Under the pieces are notes generated by a model, which was not told the origin of the DNA, did no database searches, and worked only from the letters and a program-made list of their open reading frames with translations. A stretch of 64,000 bases of DNA from Candidatus Aldehydirespiratoraceae bacterium (lineage in GTDB: Bacteria; Actinomycetota; Acidimicrobiia; Acidimicrobiales; Aldehydirespiratoraceae): contig CBDFKX010000002.1 of the NCBI GenBank assembly GCA_965249055.1, positions 2,957,800-3,021,799 on the forward strand, in the 5' to 3' direction. Position numbers and translations under genes: made by a program. This document shows positions 55,805 to 64,000 of the stretch, one piece after another (positions within the stretch are counted from its first letter, which is position 1; the number at the start of each line of letters is the position of its first letter).

Positions 55805-56220
55805 ATGTGGAAGGTGTTAACAACACCAGAGTACCGAACATGGTTTCGTGCCCTGCCGGGCAGGGACAAGGCACGCCTCGAACGAGCCCACGAACAGCTC
55901 GCATGATGGGCCCGCACTTGGGTTGACCCTACGCGGACACCGTCAAGGACTCCCGCCACGCCTACCTCAAAGAACTCCGAACACGCGGCTCCGTGCGAGC
56001 CTTCGACGCGTTCGATGAGCAACGCCGCGCCGTGCTGCTGTGCGGCGGAGACAAGGCCAAGGCCAAAAGAAGCGCCATGTGGTACAAGAAGATCGTGGAT
56101 CGCGCCGACAGGCTCTTGGACCGGCACCCGCGGCAATGGCGGCCACTTGGGCTCTTCCGGGCATCTATGGTTGGCAACGATTCGCAACCCCCGGCTTCGT
56201 CAGCACCCTCCTGGGCGTGA
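55805..56220 (+). pseudogene. RelE/ParE-superfamily (Gp49/HigB-like) toxin gene with one frameshift and one in-frame TGA
   Basis: Frame A from ATG 55805 reads MWKVLTTPEYRTWFRALPGRDKARLERAHEQLA* (stop at 55904-55906). Shifted by one base it continues MMGPHLG-TGA(55924-55926)-PYADTVKDSRHAYLKELRTRGSVRAFDAFDEQRRAVLLCGGDKAKAKRSAMWYKKIVDRADRLLDRH. This fits the family pattern GPxLGRPxVDTVKGSRH...LRILFAFDPxRxAILLLGGDK...WY, with Arg (CGA) expected at the TGA. Confidence 0.5.
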
Positions 56221-56841
56221 GCCATCGCGCGGGCCGGACCTACACCCGGTAGAAGAGCTGAACGATGAAGTTCGGCCTGCCTGATGCCGAATGGCTCTTC
56301 GCCGAGGTGGACGAGGAGTACCGCCAAATGGAAGCCCACCACGCGGCTAGCCAAGCAGCCGACCACTTTCGCCGAGCCGGCCGCAGACCGAGACGCTGAC
56401 GCACCCAGCGAACACCGACCGCCACCACCTGTGGGGAGTGGCAACGGAATTTCGAGCCATCCCCGCCGGTGCTGCCACCCCAATCCTGACACGTAAAGGG
56501 AATTTCAGTGATCGCCGTCGCAGCGGGCTACAGCTGGGACATTAACGACATCTTCCGACGGTTGGAACGGAACCGACCGGGACTTCCCGACGAACGAGGG
56601 CGAACTCCACCGGTGGATGCGACAGGTCGGCCATGATGGCCGGTTGTTGAAGTCAACATCCAACCGATGGAGGTTCTTAGTATGGCACAGCGGCTCAGTT
56701 GCGACGAACGCGCCTGGATCGAGGCGATGCGCGCCGCGGGGGTCAGGAAGCGTCCACCTCCTGGCGCGAAAGCACGATGAACCTCACCGGGGCACCCCAC
56801 TCTGATCCTTGAGAGTTGCGTCGGGCTTGCCTCCGCAGAAA

Positions 56842-57717
56842 TTACGAGCCAGGGACAGATTCGACGAAGAGCACCACGGTCATGGTTCCGCAGGCCAGGG
56901 CCGGACCGAAGGGAAAACTCCACGCCAGGAGTCTTGTGGGTCGACCCCCTTCAGCCTGCGGATCGGCTAGCACATCCCGATTCAACTTTCGCCTGAGAAC
57001 ACCAAGCAACAGACCTCCGAAAAGACCGAGAATGCTTGCCAGAAGCTGAGCCCAGAACACCAGGCGGACTACCAGTACCCAATCCGTCACAGAGTCCGAG
57101 TCTGAGCGCGTGATCCCCGCGGCCCAACCCAAGTTGAGTCCGAGCAGGAGTGACAACTTGACGTCGCCGAATCCCAGGCCCTGAGGCGAGATCAGATGCA
57201 CCACCAGCAGGAAACCGAAATAGACGAACATGCCGACAATCCCATACCCGACAACACTCAGATCGCCGGTAGCAACCGCTCCACACAGCATCGCCGTCAA
57301 TGACAGGCCCAAAGACCAGAAGACAAGCCGATCAGGAAGCCTGTAGCTGTACAGATCCACCACCGAAAGCGCCAACAACGCACCAACCAACACAAGCGGT
57401 GCAAGTGACTGCCAACCCCAACCGAAACGCAACACGACAACAACCCACAACGCAGAGGTTGCCGCCTCGACGCTGGGATACATCAACGAGATCTTCTTGG
57501 CGCAATACCGACATCGGCCGCTGAGCAACAACCACGACAACAACGGAATCGCCTCGTGGAGGGCCAGCCGGGCCTTGCACGAACCACACCGAAAGCGAAA
57601 CGACAGTGCCTCGCTGCGAGCGATCCGCTCAGCCAACATTGTCACTACCCCGCCAGCGATCAACCCACCAGCGGACACAGCAACGATCAGCGCCGTAATC
57701 ATGCTTCCGCCTCTCAT
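56842..57717 (-). CDS. prepilin peptidase (A24 family)
   Basis: 291 aa, multi-TM, N-terminal CGSC...CRYC zinc-like motif and GFGDVKL catalytic Asp block. Confidence 0.8.
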   Translation of the reverse strand: MRGGSMITALIVAVSAGGLIAGGVVTMLAERIARSEALSFRFRCGSCKARLALHEAIPLLSWLLLSGRCRYCAKKISLMYPSVEAATSALWVVVVLRFGWGWQSLAPLVLVGALLALSVVDLYSYRLPDRLVFWSLGLSLTAMLCGAVATGDLSVVGYGIVGMFVYFGFLLVVHLISPQGLGFGDVKLSLLLGLNLGWAAGITRSDSDSVTDWVLVVRLVFWAQLLASILGLFGGLLLGVLRRKLNRDVLADPQAEGGRPTRLLAWSFPFGPALACGTMTVVLFVESVPGS

Positions 57718-57830
57718 TTGGTCCGTTTCGCGGCGTTTTCTTCGTTGGTAACGAACACCGTCGCTAGAGCAGCCGAACCTAACCGCGTCGCGACTTTCAA
57801 CACAACAAGTTGCTGCTTCCCTGTCCCTGG

Positions 57831-58661
57831 CTATAGCAGGCGAGTTTTCAACGCTGACCTCATGGCATCTATGGGAGCGGGTTGCCCCGTCCAGTGGGTA
57901 ATGGCAAACCCAGCCTGGTGAACCAACATTGAAAGACCGTTGTAAGAGCGGATCCCCGCGGCACGCGCAGCCGCCAACCAGACGGTCTCAGACGGGTTGT
58001 AGACAATGTCAACCACGATTTGACCCCGGTGCAGCAACGCTGGGTCACACGGCATGGCGCTATCGGGTGCCATGCCGACCGTTGTGGCGTTGACCACAAT
58101 GTCGACGCTGGGTATATCCGCCTGCTGGGCCACCACACCAACCGAGCCGGCCAACCCCGCACAGACCTCAGCGCGCTGCGCAGTGCGGTTGACAACCAAC
58201 ACCCCGGCCGCCCCTGCATCAGCGCAGGCGACCGAGATTGCCCGGGCCGCGCCGCCGGCACCGAGAACCACGACCGTCTTTTCTCGAACCGTGGTGTCGG
58301 CATCTTCGAGCAAGCCCCCAAGGAATCCGTCCCCGTCGGTGTTTTCGGCACGAACCCGTCCGTCTGCGGAAGCCACGAGACAGTTCGCCGCGCCGAGAGC
58401 CGCGACCGCGTCTGACACCGAGTCCGCGGTTTGAGCCACCGCGTCCTTGTGCGGAGTTGTGACCGACAAGCCAACCAATCCAAGGGTTCGCATCGCTGCA
58501 ACTGCTTCGGAACCCTTGCCCGCGCTGACGGGAAAGGGCACTGACACCCAGTCAAGTCCAAGCGCGTCGTACGCCGCGTTGTGCAACGCCGGCGAAAGCG
58601 AGTGGGTCACCGGATCGCCGATCACACCCGTCACTCTGGTAGCGCCCGATACCTGACTCAT
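57831..58661 (-). CDS. aroE: shikimate dehydrogenase
   Basis: Start MSQVSGATRVTGVIGDPVTHSLSPALHNAAY (ATG 58659-58661, ATGA overlap with the mltG stop). NADP motif VLGAGGAARA. Confidence 0.85.
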   Translation of the reverse strand: MSQVSGATRVTGVIGDPVTHSLSPALHNAAYDALGLDWVSVPFPVSAGKGSEAVAAMRTLGLVGLSVTTPHKDAVAQTADSVSDAVAALGAANCLVASADGRVRAENTDGDGFLGGLLEDADTTVREKTVVVLGAGGAARAISVACADAGAAGVLVVNRTAQRAEVCAGLAGSVGVVAQQADIPSVDIVVNATTVGMAPDSAMPCDPALLHRGQIVVDIVYNPSETVWLAAARAAGIRSYNGLSMLVHQAGFAITHWTGQPAPIDAMRSALKTRLL

Positions 58662-60196
58662 CCGCAATACCCAAGTTGGCGACAAACGGCCACTGCCGCG
58701 TTGTGGTCGTTGATATTGGTGGTGAACGTGTGAGCACCGTCTACTCCACCGTGGTCGGTCCGAGCCCAAAACAGCAGCTCGGGGCTGGGATCCGGTTGCA
58801 GTGCCGCGCGCAGCGCCGCCTCACCTGGAGCGGCGATCGGAGTCGGAGGAATCCCGGTGTTGAGACGGGTGTTGTAGGGCGAGTCGACGAGAAGGTCCGA
58901 TGCGGTCAAACCTTCAGTGAACGACTTGTTGAGCGCGAAATAGACACTGGCGTCAACACCGAGAGGTTCGCCCCGCAACAAACGGTTGTACATGACCCTC
59001 GCCATTTGGGGACGATCAACATCTACCCTCGCCTCTTCTTCAATCAACGATGCAATGGTGATGATCTGGTAGTCGGTCAGCCCGAGTTGCTCTATCACCG
59101 GATCTTTTCCAACCTCATCGAGAAGGGCGCTGAAACGCTGGTCGAAGGTGTTGCTCATTCGCTGAATAAACCTAGCCTCGTCCCTCAGGTCGTCTTCGGC
59201 AACATCGTAAGTGGCAGGGAAAAGCAAGCCCTCGAACCACGAGTATTGACCGATGTCTTCGGGGAGATAATTCGAAACGTAGGCCGGGTTGTTGAGCGCT
59301 ACCACGATCTGTTCACGATCGAACTGGGGGTTTGCCTCAATCATCCGGTCAATGATCTCCACAACCCTCAAACCCTCAGGAATCGTGAAGTTCTCATACA
59401 CCTCAGGAATCGGACCGCTGATGAGAATGTTGTTCACATCGGCGTACGGCATGTTTTCAAAGAGTGCGTATTCGCCTATCTCAAACGAAGAGTCAATGTC
59501 GCATCGCAAAAAACCCGAAATGGTGATCTCCCCACCATTGGGGCCGTCGCAGCGAAGCCAATAGCGAAAGGCCGTGGCGTTACCGATCACCCCAGCGTTG
59601 TCAAGGTTGGTGGCTATCTGGTTGACCGCTTCACCATTTCCGATCGTGAAAATCACGGGTTCGCCGATGGGTCCCGACGGAACGATCTGACCGTCAATCC
59701 AATCGTAGATTCGCCCACGAATCGTCGTGAGCAGAAAGAAAATGATCACGGCAACGCCGAGCAGGCGCAAGAACCCACCCCAGTGACTCCGGTAGTGAAC
59801 CCAATTCCGATCCTCGGCGTCGTATCGGGGATCCACAAGCGGGTCAGCCTCGGGTTCATCTTCGAAGACATACTCCGTGCCATCGGCGTCAAAGCCCGCT
59901 GACAGCTCCACCGCCGGTGGCGCTTCATAATCCGGTAACGCGAATGGGATTTCTCTGCCTTCAGCGCGCATTTCCCATTCGTCTTCATAGCCCTGCGGCA
60001 CTGCGCTTCGGGGCACCACGCCGGCACCAACCAGAGCGCGATCATCCAACCGAGAACCTTCGATTCCCGCCGATTGAGCGATTCGTTCCGATTGAGCTTC
60101 GACGGGGATTTGCTTGATCCGACCGAGCAGAAAAGCAAGATAGTCGGTACGGACTTGACGAGGATCTTTTTCAGGCACGAGGCATTCCGGCGTCAA
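58658..60196 (-). CDS. mltG: endolytic murein transglycosylase MltG (YceG-like) with a long N-terminal extension
   Basis: C-terminal YceG blocks ASLIEEEA, SPYNTRLNTGIPPTPIAAPG. One TM segment (LLGVAVIIFFLL) at about residue 150. Confidence 0.85.
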   Translation of the reverse strand: MTPECLVPEKDPRQVRTDYLAFLLGRIKQIPVEAQSERIAQSAGIEGSRLDDRALVGAGVVPRSAVPQGYEDEWEMRAEGREIPFALPDYEAPPAVELSAGFDADGTEYVFEDEPEADPLVDPRYDAEDRNWVHYRSHWGGFLRLLGVAVIIFFLLTTIRGRIYDWIDGQIVPSGPIGEPVIFTIGNGEAVNQIATNLDNAGVIGNATAFRYWLRCDGPNGGEITISGFLRCDIDSSFEIGEYALFENMPYADVNNILISGPIPEVYENFTIPEGLRVVEIIDRMIEANPQFDREQIVVALNNPAYVSNYLPEDIGQYSWFEGLLFPATYDVAEDDLRDEARFIQRMSNTFDQRFSALLDEVGKDPVIEQLGLTDYQIITIASLIEEEARVDVDRPQMARVMYNRLLRGEPLGVDASVYFALNKSFTEGLTASDLLVDSPYNTRLNTGIPPTPIAAPGEAALRAALQPDPSPELLFWARTDHGGVDGAHTFTTNINDHNAAVAVCRQLGYCG

Positions 60197-60593
60197 GCCA
60201 CGACTGCAACATCACTGCCGCGGCGACCTTGTCAACGACACGACGGCGGGCGTCGGCTTTCATCTCTTGTTGCATGAGAACGCGCTCCGCAGAAACCGTG
60301 GTCAGGCGTTCATCGTAGGCAACCACTTCAAGACCGAGAGTTTCGCCGAGTGCCGTCGCCTCGCGCAGATACTTTTTGGCCGCAGGTCCGAGCGATCCAT
60401 CCATGTTGTACGGCACGCCCACTACAACGATCTCGGCTTCCCACTCGGTAGCCAAAGCAGCCAGTTCACGATGTTCACGCTGCCGATCTCCTTGCCGTTT
60501 CACCACCTCGATTGGTGTCGCCACCGAACCTCGGGAGTCGCTCACAGCTACACCTATTCGTTTCGAGCCGAGATCAATCCCGAGGGCTCGCAT
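60171..60593 (-). CDS. ruvX: Holliday junction resolvase-like nuclease RuvX (YqgF)
   Basis: MRALGIDLGSKRIGVAVSD...DERLTT. Confidence 0.9.
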   Translation of the reverse strand: MRALGIDLGSKRIGVAVSDSRGSVATPIEVVKRQGDRQREHRELAALATEWEAEIVVVGVPYNMDGSLGPAAKKYLREATALGETLGLEVVAYDERLTTVSAERVLMQQEMKADARRRVVDKVAAAVMLQSWLDAGMPRA

Positions 60594-60594
60594 G

Positions 60595-63195
60595 TCAGTT
60601 GCGGTTGGCCGCGGCGCGGACCTCGTCGAGAGCGTCGTCTAGCGCCTCGGCATTGGATCCCCCGGCCACCGCAAATTCGTCACCGGGTTTGCCTCCGCCA
60701 CCCACGGTTTTCTTGGCATCTTCGATCAGCACGCCAGCGTTGAAACCGCCCTGAGGGGTGACCGCTGATACCAGAGCCACACCACCACTGTCGAGCGCCG
60801 CTCCCAGCACCACAGCATCAATTCCGTCGTGACCACGGACCGACACGGCTAAATCGCGAAGCCCGTTGCGGTCCAGCCCGTCCACCCGCGCAACCACCAC
60901 ACCGTCAACGGCCTGACTGGCCAGTGTCGGTGCTTGGCCGATCGCCATCTTCTGTTTGAGTGCAGCAACTTCATGGCGCAGAGACTTGGCTTCGGTCGTG
61001 AGCCGCTCGACACCGTCTAGCAGGTCATTGGCTGGAACACCCAGAGTCTTAGCGGCCGCGGTGGCACTGTTGCCAACCGAGCGGAAGGAGTCGATCGTGG
61101 CCTGACCAGTCAGCGCCTCAACACGACGAATGTTGCTACCAATCGAGCCTTCCGAGACGATTCGTACCGGCCCAATATCACCCAGAGCGCGTACGTGAGT
61201 CCCGCCGCAAAGTTCTGTTGAGTGAGGGCCGGCCTGCAGCACTCGCACCACATCGCCGTACTTGTCGCCAAAAAAGGCGATCGCCCCGAGACGTTGAGCC
61301 TCGTCCATCGTCGTCTCGAAATGTTCACAGGCAGGGTTGGCGAGCACCTCTGCGTTGACGAAGTCTTCGATTTCTGTGATCTGGCCCGCAGTCAACGCCT
61401 CGTAGTGGCTGAAGTCGAAACGCAGCCGATCAGGACCAACATAGGACCCTTGCTGCTTAACGTGTTCGCCAACGATCATACGCAACGCTGAGTGCAGCAG
61501 GTGAGTGGCCGTGTGGTTGCGGCGAATCAATTCTCTGCGCTCGTTGTCGATCGCAGCCTTTGCCGTTTGGCCCACTGCCACGTCGCCGATCACAGACTCG
61601 ATCGCATGCACGACGAGTCCGGGCACGCCGTAACGGGTGTCCCCGACAGCAATCACGCCGGTGTCGGTGCGAATCGTCCCAGTGTCGCCGATCTGACCAC
61701 CGGATTCGGCGTAGAAAGGCGTGCGGTCGAGCACCACAATCTCGTTGTCTAGATGGACGATCTCCGCGACCGTCTCTATCTCGTCACGGCCCGTGAACTC
61801 GGTCTCGCCGTGTTTCTCAACCAACTGAACGAGGGTGCCAGTGTCGTTGGCGGTCATTTCCCCGCGGGCATCTTTGGCGCGCTTCTGCTGCTCTGCCATG
61901 GCCACGCGGAAACCCTCAATGTCGACGGCAATGCCCCTCTCCTTGGTGATCTCCTCAGTGAGTTCTAGAGGGAAACCGTAGGTGTCGTGAAGTAGGAACG
62001 CGGTAGGACCGGGCAGCGAATCCGCGGTGCCAGCGCTATCAACTGCGGCCAACTTGGCAAGCTCAGCATCAAGGATGGCCTGACCCGTGCGCAGCGTCTC
62101 TCGGAATCGTCGTTCCTCGCGATCAATCACGTCGCGGATGAACTGATGGTTCTTGACCAGATCCGGGTAGTCAGCGCCCATCACTTCCACCACACGGTCA
62201 ACCATTTGACCCATAACGGTGTCGTCCGCGCCGTCGGTTTCTTCGACACCGAGTATGTAGGAATGGCGCACCGCGCGGCGGAGGATGCGACGCAGCACGT
62301 AGCCGCGAGCCTCGTTCGACGGAAAGACACCATCGCTGACCAGCATTGACGTGCTGCGAGCATGGTCAGCCAGAATCCGCAACGAAACCAACTGCTCTTC
62401 TGACGCTTTGGAAGCATCGACCCCAGTGAGCTGCGCCGCGGTTTCCAACAACGATTGGAGTTCGTCGGTCTCCCACACCGAATCAACACCCTGAAGCACC
62501 GACACAGTGCGTTCCAAACCCATGCCAGTATCTATCGACGGCTTCGGCAAGGGAGTCTTGGAACCATCGGTCTGCTGGTCGAACTGCATGAAGACGAGGT
62601 TCCAGATCTCGATGTAGCGATCCTCGTCGCCGTGTTCGGGACCTCCGCCCGCCCCGAATTGAGGACCCTTGTCCCAAAAGATCTCAGAACACGGACCACA
62701 TGGACCCGAAGCGCCCATCTTCCAGTAATTGTCCTCGTCGAGGCGCTGGAGCCGTTCGGCGGGAATCCCTACTTCATTCAGCCAAATCGCCGCGGCTTCG
62801 TCATCGCTGAGATGCACGGTGACCCACAGACGCTCCGGGTCCAGGCCCAGAACATCGACGACGAACTCCCACGCCCAGGCGATCGCCTCAGACTTGAAGT
62901 AGTCACCAAAACTAAAATTGCCCATCATCTCAAAGAAGGTGAAATGACGGCTGGTACGCCCTATCTCGTCAAGGTCGTTGTGTTTGCCGCCTGCTCTCAC
63001 ACATTTCTGAATCGTCACGGCCCGATCGAAGGGTGCGGCTTGTTCCCCGGTGAAGTAGGTCTTGAACGGAACCATTCCCGCCACGGTGAAAAGCAAGGTC
63101 GGGTCGTGGGGAATAAGGCTCGCGGACCGCTGGTGGCTATGGCCGCGCTCAGAGAAGAAAGACGTGAAAGCACGGCGAACTTCGTTGGCTTGCAT
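60595..63195 (-). CDS. alaS: alanine--tRNA ligase
   Basis: 866 aa, FTVAGMVPFK, editing-domain HTATHLLH and CGGTH. Confidence 0.95.
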   Translation of the reverse strand: MQANEVRRAFTSFFSERGHSHQRSASLIPHDPTLLFTVAGMVPFKTYFTGEQAAPFDRAVTIQKCVRAGGKHNDLDEIGRTSRHFTFFEMMGNFSFGDYFKSEAIAWAWEFVVDVLGLDPERLWVTVHLSDDEAAAIWLNEVGIPAERLQRLDEDNYWKMGASGPCGPCSEIFWDKGPQFGAGGGPEHGDEDRYIEIWNLVFMQFDQQTDGSKTPLPKPSIDTGMGLERTVSVLQGVDSVWETDELQSLLETAAQLTGVDASKASEEQLVSLRILADHARSTSMLVSDGVFPSNEARGYVLRRILRRAVRHSYILGVEETDGADDTVMGQMVDRVVEVMGADYPDLVKNHQFIRDVIDREERRFRETLRTGQAILDAELAKLAAVDSAGTADSLPGPTAFLLHDTYGFPLELTEEITKERGIAVDIEGFRVAMAEQQKRAKDARGEMTANDTGTLVQLVEKHGETEFTGRDEIETVAEIVHLDNEIVVLDRTPFYAESGGQIGDTGTIRTDTGVIAVGDTRYGVPGLVVHAIESVIGDVAVGQTAKAAIDNERRELIRRNHTATHLLHSALRMIVGEHVKQQGSYVGPDRLRFDFSHYEALTAGQITEIEDFVNAEVLANPACEHFETTMDEAQRLGAIAFFGDKYGDVVRVLQAGPHSTELCGGTHVRALGDIGPVRIVSEGSIGSNIRRVEALTGQATIDSFRSVGNSATAAAKTLGVPANDLLDGVERLTTEAKSLRHEVAALKQKMAIGQAPTLASQAVDGVVVARVDGLDRNGLRDLAVSVRGHDGIDAVVLGAALDSGGVALVSAVTPQGGFNAGVLIEDAKKTVGGGGKPGDEFAVAGGSNAEALDDALDEVRAAANRN

Positions 63196-63244
63196 GAACG
63201 GCGAAGTCTATCGTCGCCAGTAAGCCACCTAGAGCGGAATTCGC

Positions 63245-63538
63245 TCAGTGTCGGACACGTGCTGGGCGGTGACGGTGAGCTTGGTTGTCCGCAGCGAACT
63301 CCGAGCGTAAATCCTGCTCTTCTTGGCGCATCGTCTCGCCGCCCTGCTGCGCCGCGTCGCGCAGATCCAATATCAGATCTCGGGTTCGGGCAGCGACCCG
63401 TTTGCCGGCGCCCGCTACATCTTGTCGGACCTGTTCGGGGGTGTAACGCTCCACCGCCCGACGAAGCCGTTTCTGAAGATAAACGGAACTACCGACACCG
63501 AGAGTGAAGCCGGTGGCAGCCCAAAATGTGCGTTTCAT
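63245..63538 (-). CDS. DUF6167-like small membrane protein
   Basis: MKRTFWAATGFTLGVGSSVYLQKRLRRAVERYTPEQV... resembles the small proteins found upstream of alaS in other actinobacteria. Confidence 0.55.
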   Translation of the reverse strand: MKRTFWAATGFTLGVGSSVYLQKRLRRAVERYTPEQVRQDVAGAGKRVAARTRDLILDLRDAAQQGGETMRQEEQDLRSEFAADNQAHRHRPARVRH

Positions 63539-64000
63539 CGAACCCTCGACTTTCTCGACCGTCTTGCGACTCGTGAACTTTTTGAGCCTTTCGAGTTGCG
63601 CGAGCTGTGCGCTGTGCTTGCTTTTAGCGCAGGGCTTGCCTTTCGAGCAGGGATTGCTTTTCGAGAACGTCCCCTCCGCAGCGTCATCGTGGCTCTACCC
63701 GCGCCTTTCATTATTGCCGCTGTCTTGATCAGTGGAGGCGTGAAGACTCTCTGGGTCAGACGCGAGGCGACATCCGCGGTTGCGACGACCCGCTCGACCC
63801 GACCGATCACCTCATCGACCCGTTCGAGTTCGTCACCTGCTTTGGTGACCGTGGTGCGCAGATCATCAAACATGGGAAGGCTCTCGCCTCGCAGTTCGTC
63901 GATGGTCTCGCGGAGTTGGCGCAAGGTCGCAACCAGTGCCTGCACGGCCAATACCAGAATCACCACCACGACGAGACAAACAATCGTGACCACAACCGCG
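63535..64000 (-). CDS. DUF948-like membrane/coiled-coil protein (5' end probably beyond the window)
   Basis: N-terminal TM IVCLVVVVILVLAVQALVATL, then a coiled-coil region and PPLIKTAAIMKG. The frame stays open to the window edge. Confidence 0.55.
   Translation of the reverse strand, partial: AVVVTIVCLVVVVILVLAVQALVATLRQLRETIDELRGESLPMFDDLRTTVTKAGDELERVDEVIGRVERVVATADVASRLTQRVFTPPLIKTAAIMKGAGRATMTLRRGRSRKAIPARKASPALKASTAHSSRNSKGSKSSRVARRSRKSRVR

Noticed and set aside
55507-56492. Minus-strand ORFs of 226 and 176 aa between the SBP gene and the prepilin peptidase gene
   Set aside because: They have no recognisable motifs and low-complexity Arg/Ala/Gly composition. The opposite strand carries the recognisable, though broken, toxin sequence.
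56508-56841. Short plus-strand reading frames (for example MAQRLSCDERAWIEAMRAAGV at 56683-56781) that faintly resemble the N-terminal HTH of IS30/IS630-type transposases
   Set aside because: The similarity covers only about 20 residues, is interrupted by stops and frame changes, and I cannot tie it to a specific family. It may be more decay debris from the insertion, but that is not supportable.
56842-57717. Prepilin peptidase as evidence of a type IV pilus, Tad or competence system
   Set aside because: There are no pilin, ATPase or platform genes in the window. As far as I recall, a lone A24 peptidase next to the aro genes is common in actinobacterial synteny, so I treat it as ordinary.

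Overview
About 60% GC chromosomal segment in the gene order typical of Actinomycetota. Most of it is minus-strand housekeeping operons: pheS-pheT; infC-rpmI-rplT; rsmB, mog, ribD and hisG; def-fmt; priA, metK, coaBC, rpoZ, gmk and mihF; pyrR-pyrB-pyrC-carA-carB-pyrD; nusB-efp-pepP; aroK-aroB-aroQ; alaS-ruvX-mltG-aroE. No rRNA gene, tRNA gene or CRISPR array was found. Accessory content: (1) Positions 1-8.3 kb hold a flavin reductase/MBL hydrolase pair, then a thioredoxin-fold fusion gene translationally coupled to a UGSC-family selenoprotein gene. That gene has an in-frame TGA at 3127-3129 with hairpins just downstream. Next to it is a tpa-pta-tetR-xsc sulfoacetaldehyde/taurine catabolic cluster. 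(2) Positions 21.4-28.65 kb form a GC-richer island. It carries an ArsR-ArsC fusion, an ArsC paralogue lacking the nucleophilic Cys, and a 5.2-kb surface-protein gene. That gene has about 15 tandem 291-bp Ig-like repeats and three SLH-like modules, and its frame is broken by recurrent insertions arranged in ~590-bp higher-order repeats. The island ends in an IS110-family transposase remnant with a 76-nt multi-hairpin element. (3) Positions 47.2-56.8 kb are an insertion that splits the shikimate gene block, with aroC missing. It holds a lipoprotein, an EEP-family protein, a five-gene peptide ABC transporter and a decayed RelE/ParE-type toxin gene. The strongest candidates for something new are the Trx-fusion/UGSC selenoprotein module and the insertion-only decay pattern of the repeat gene. 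All calls rest on my own reading of the translations and sequence; no database search was run.
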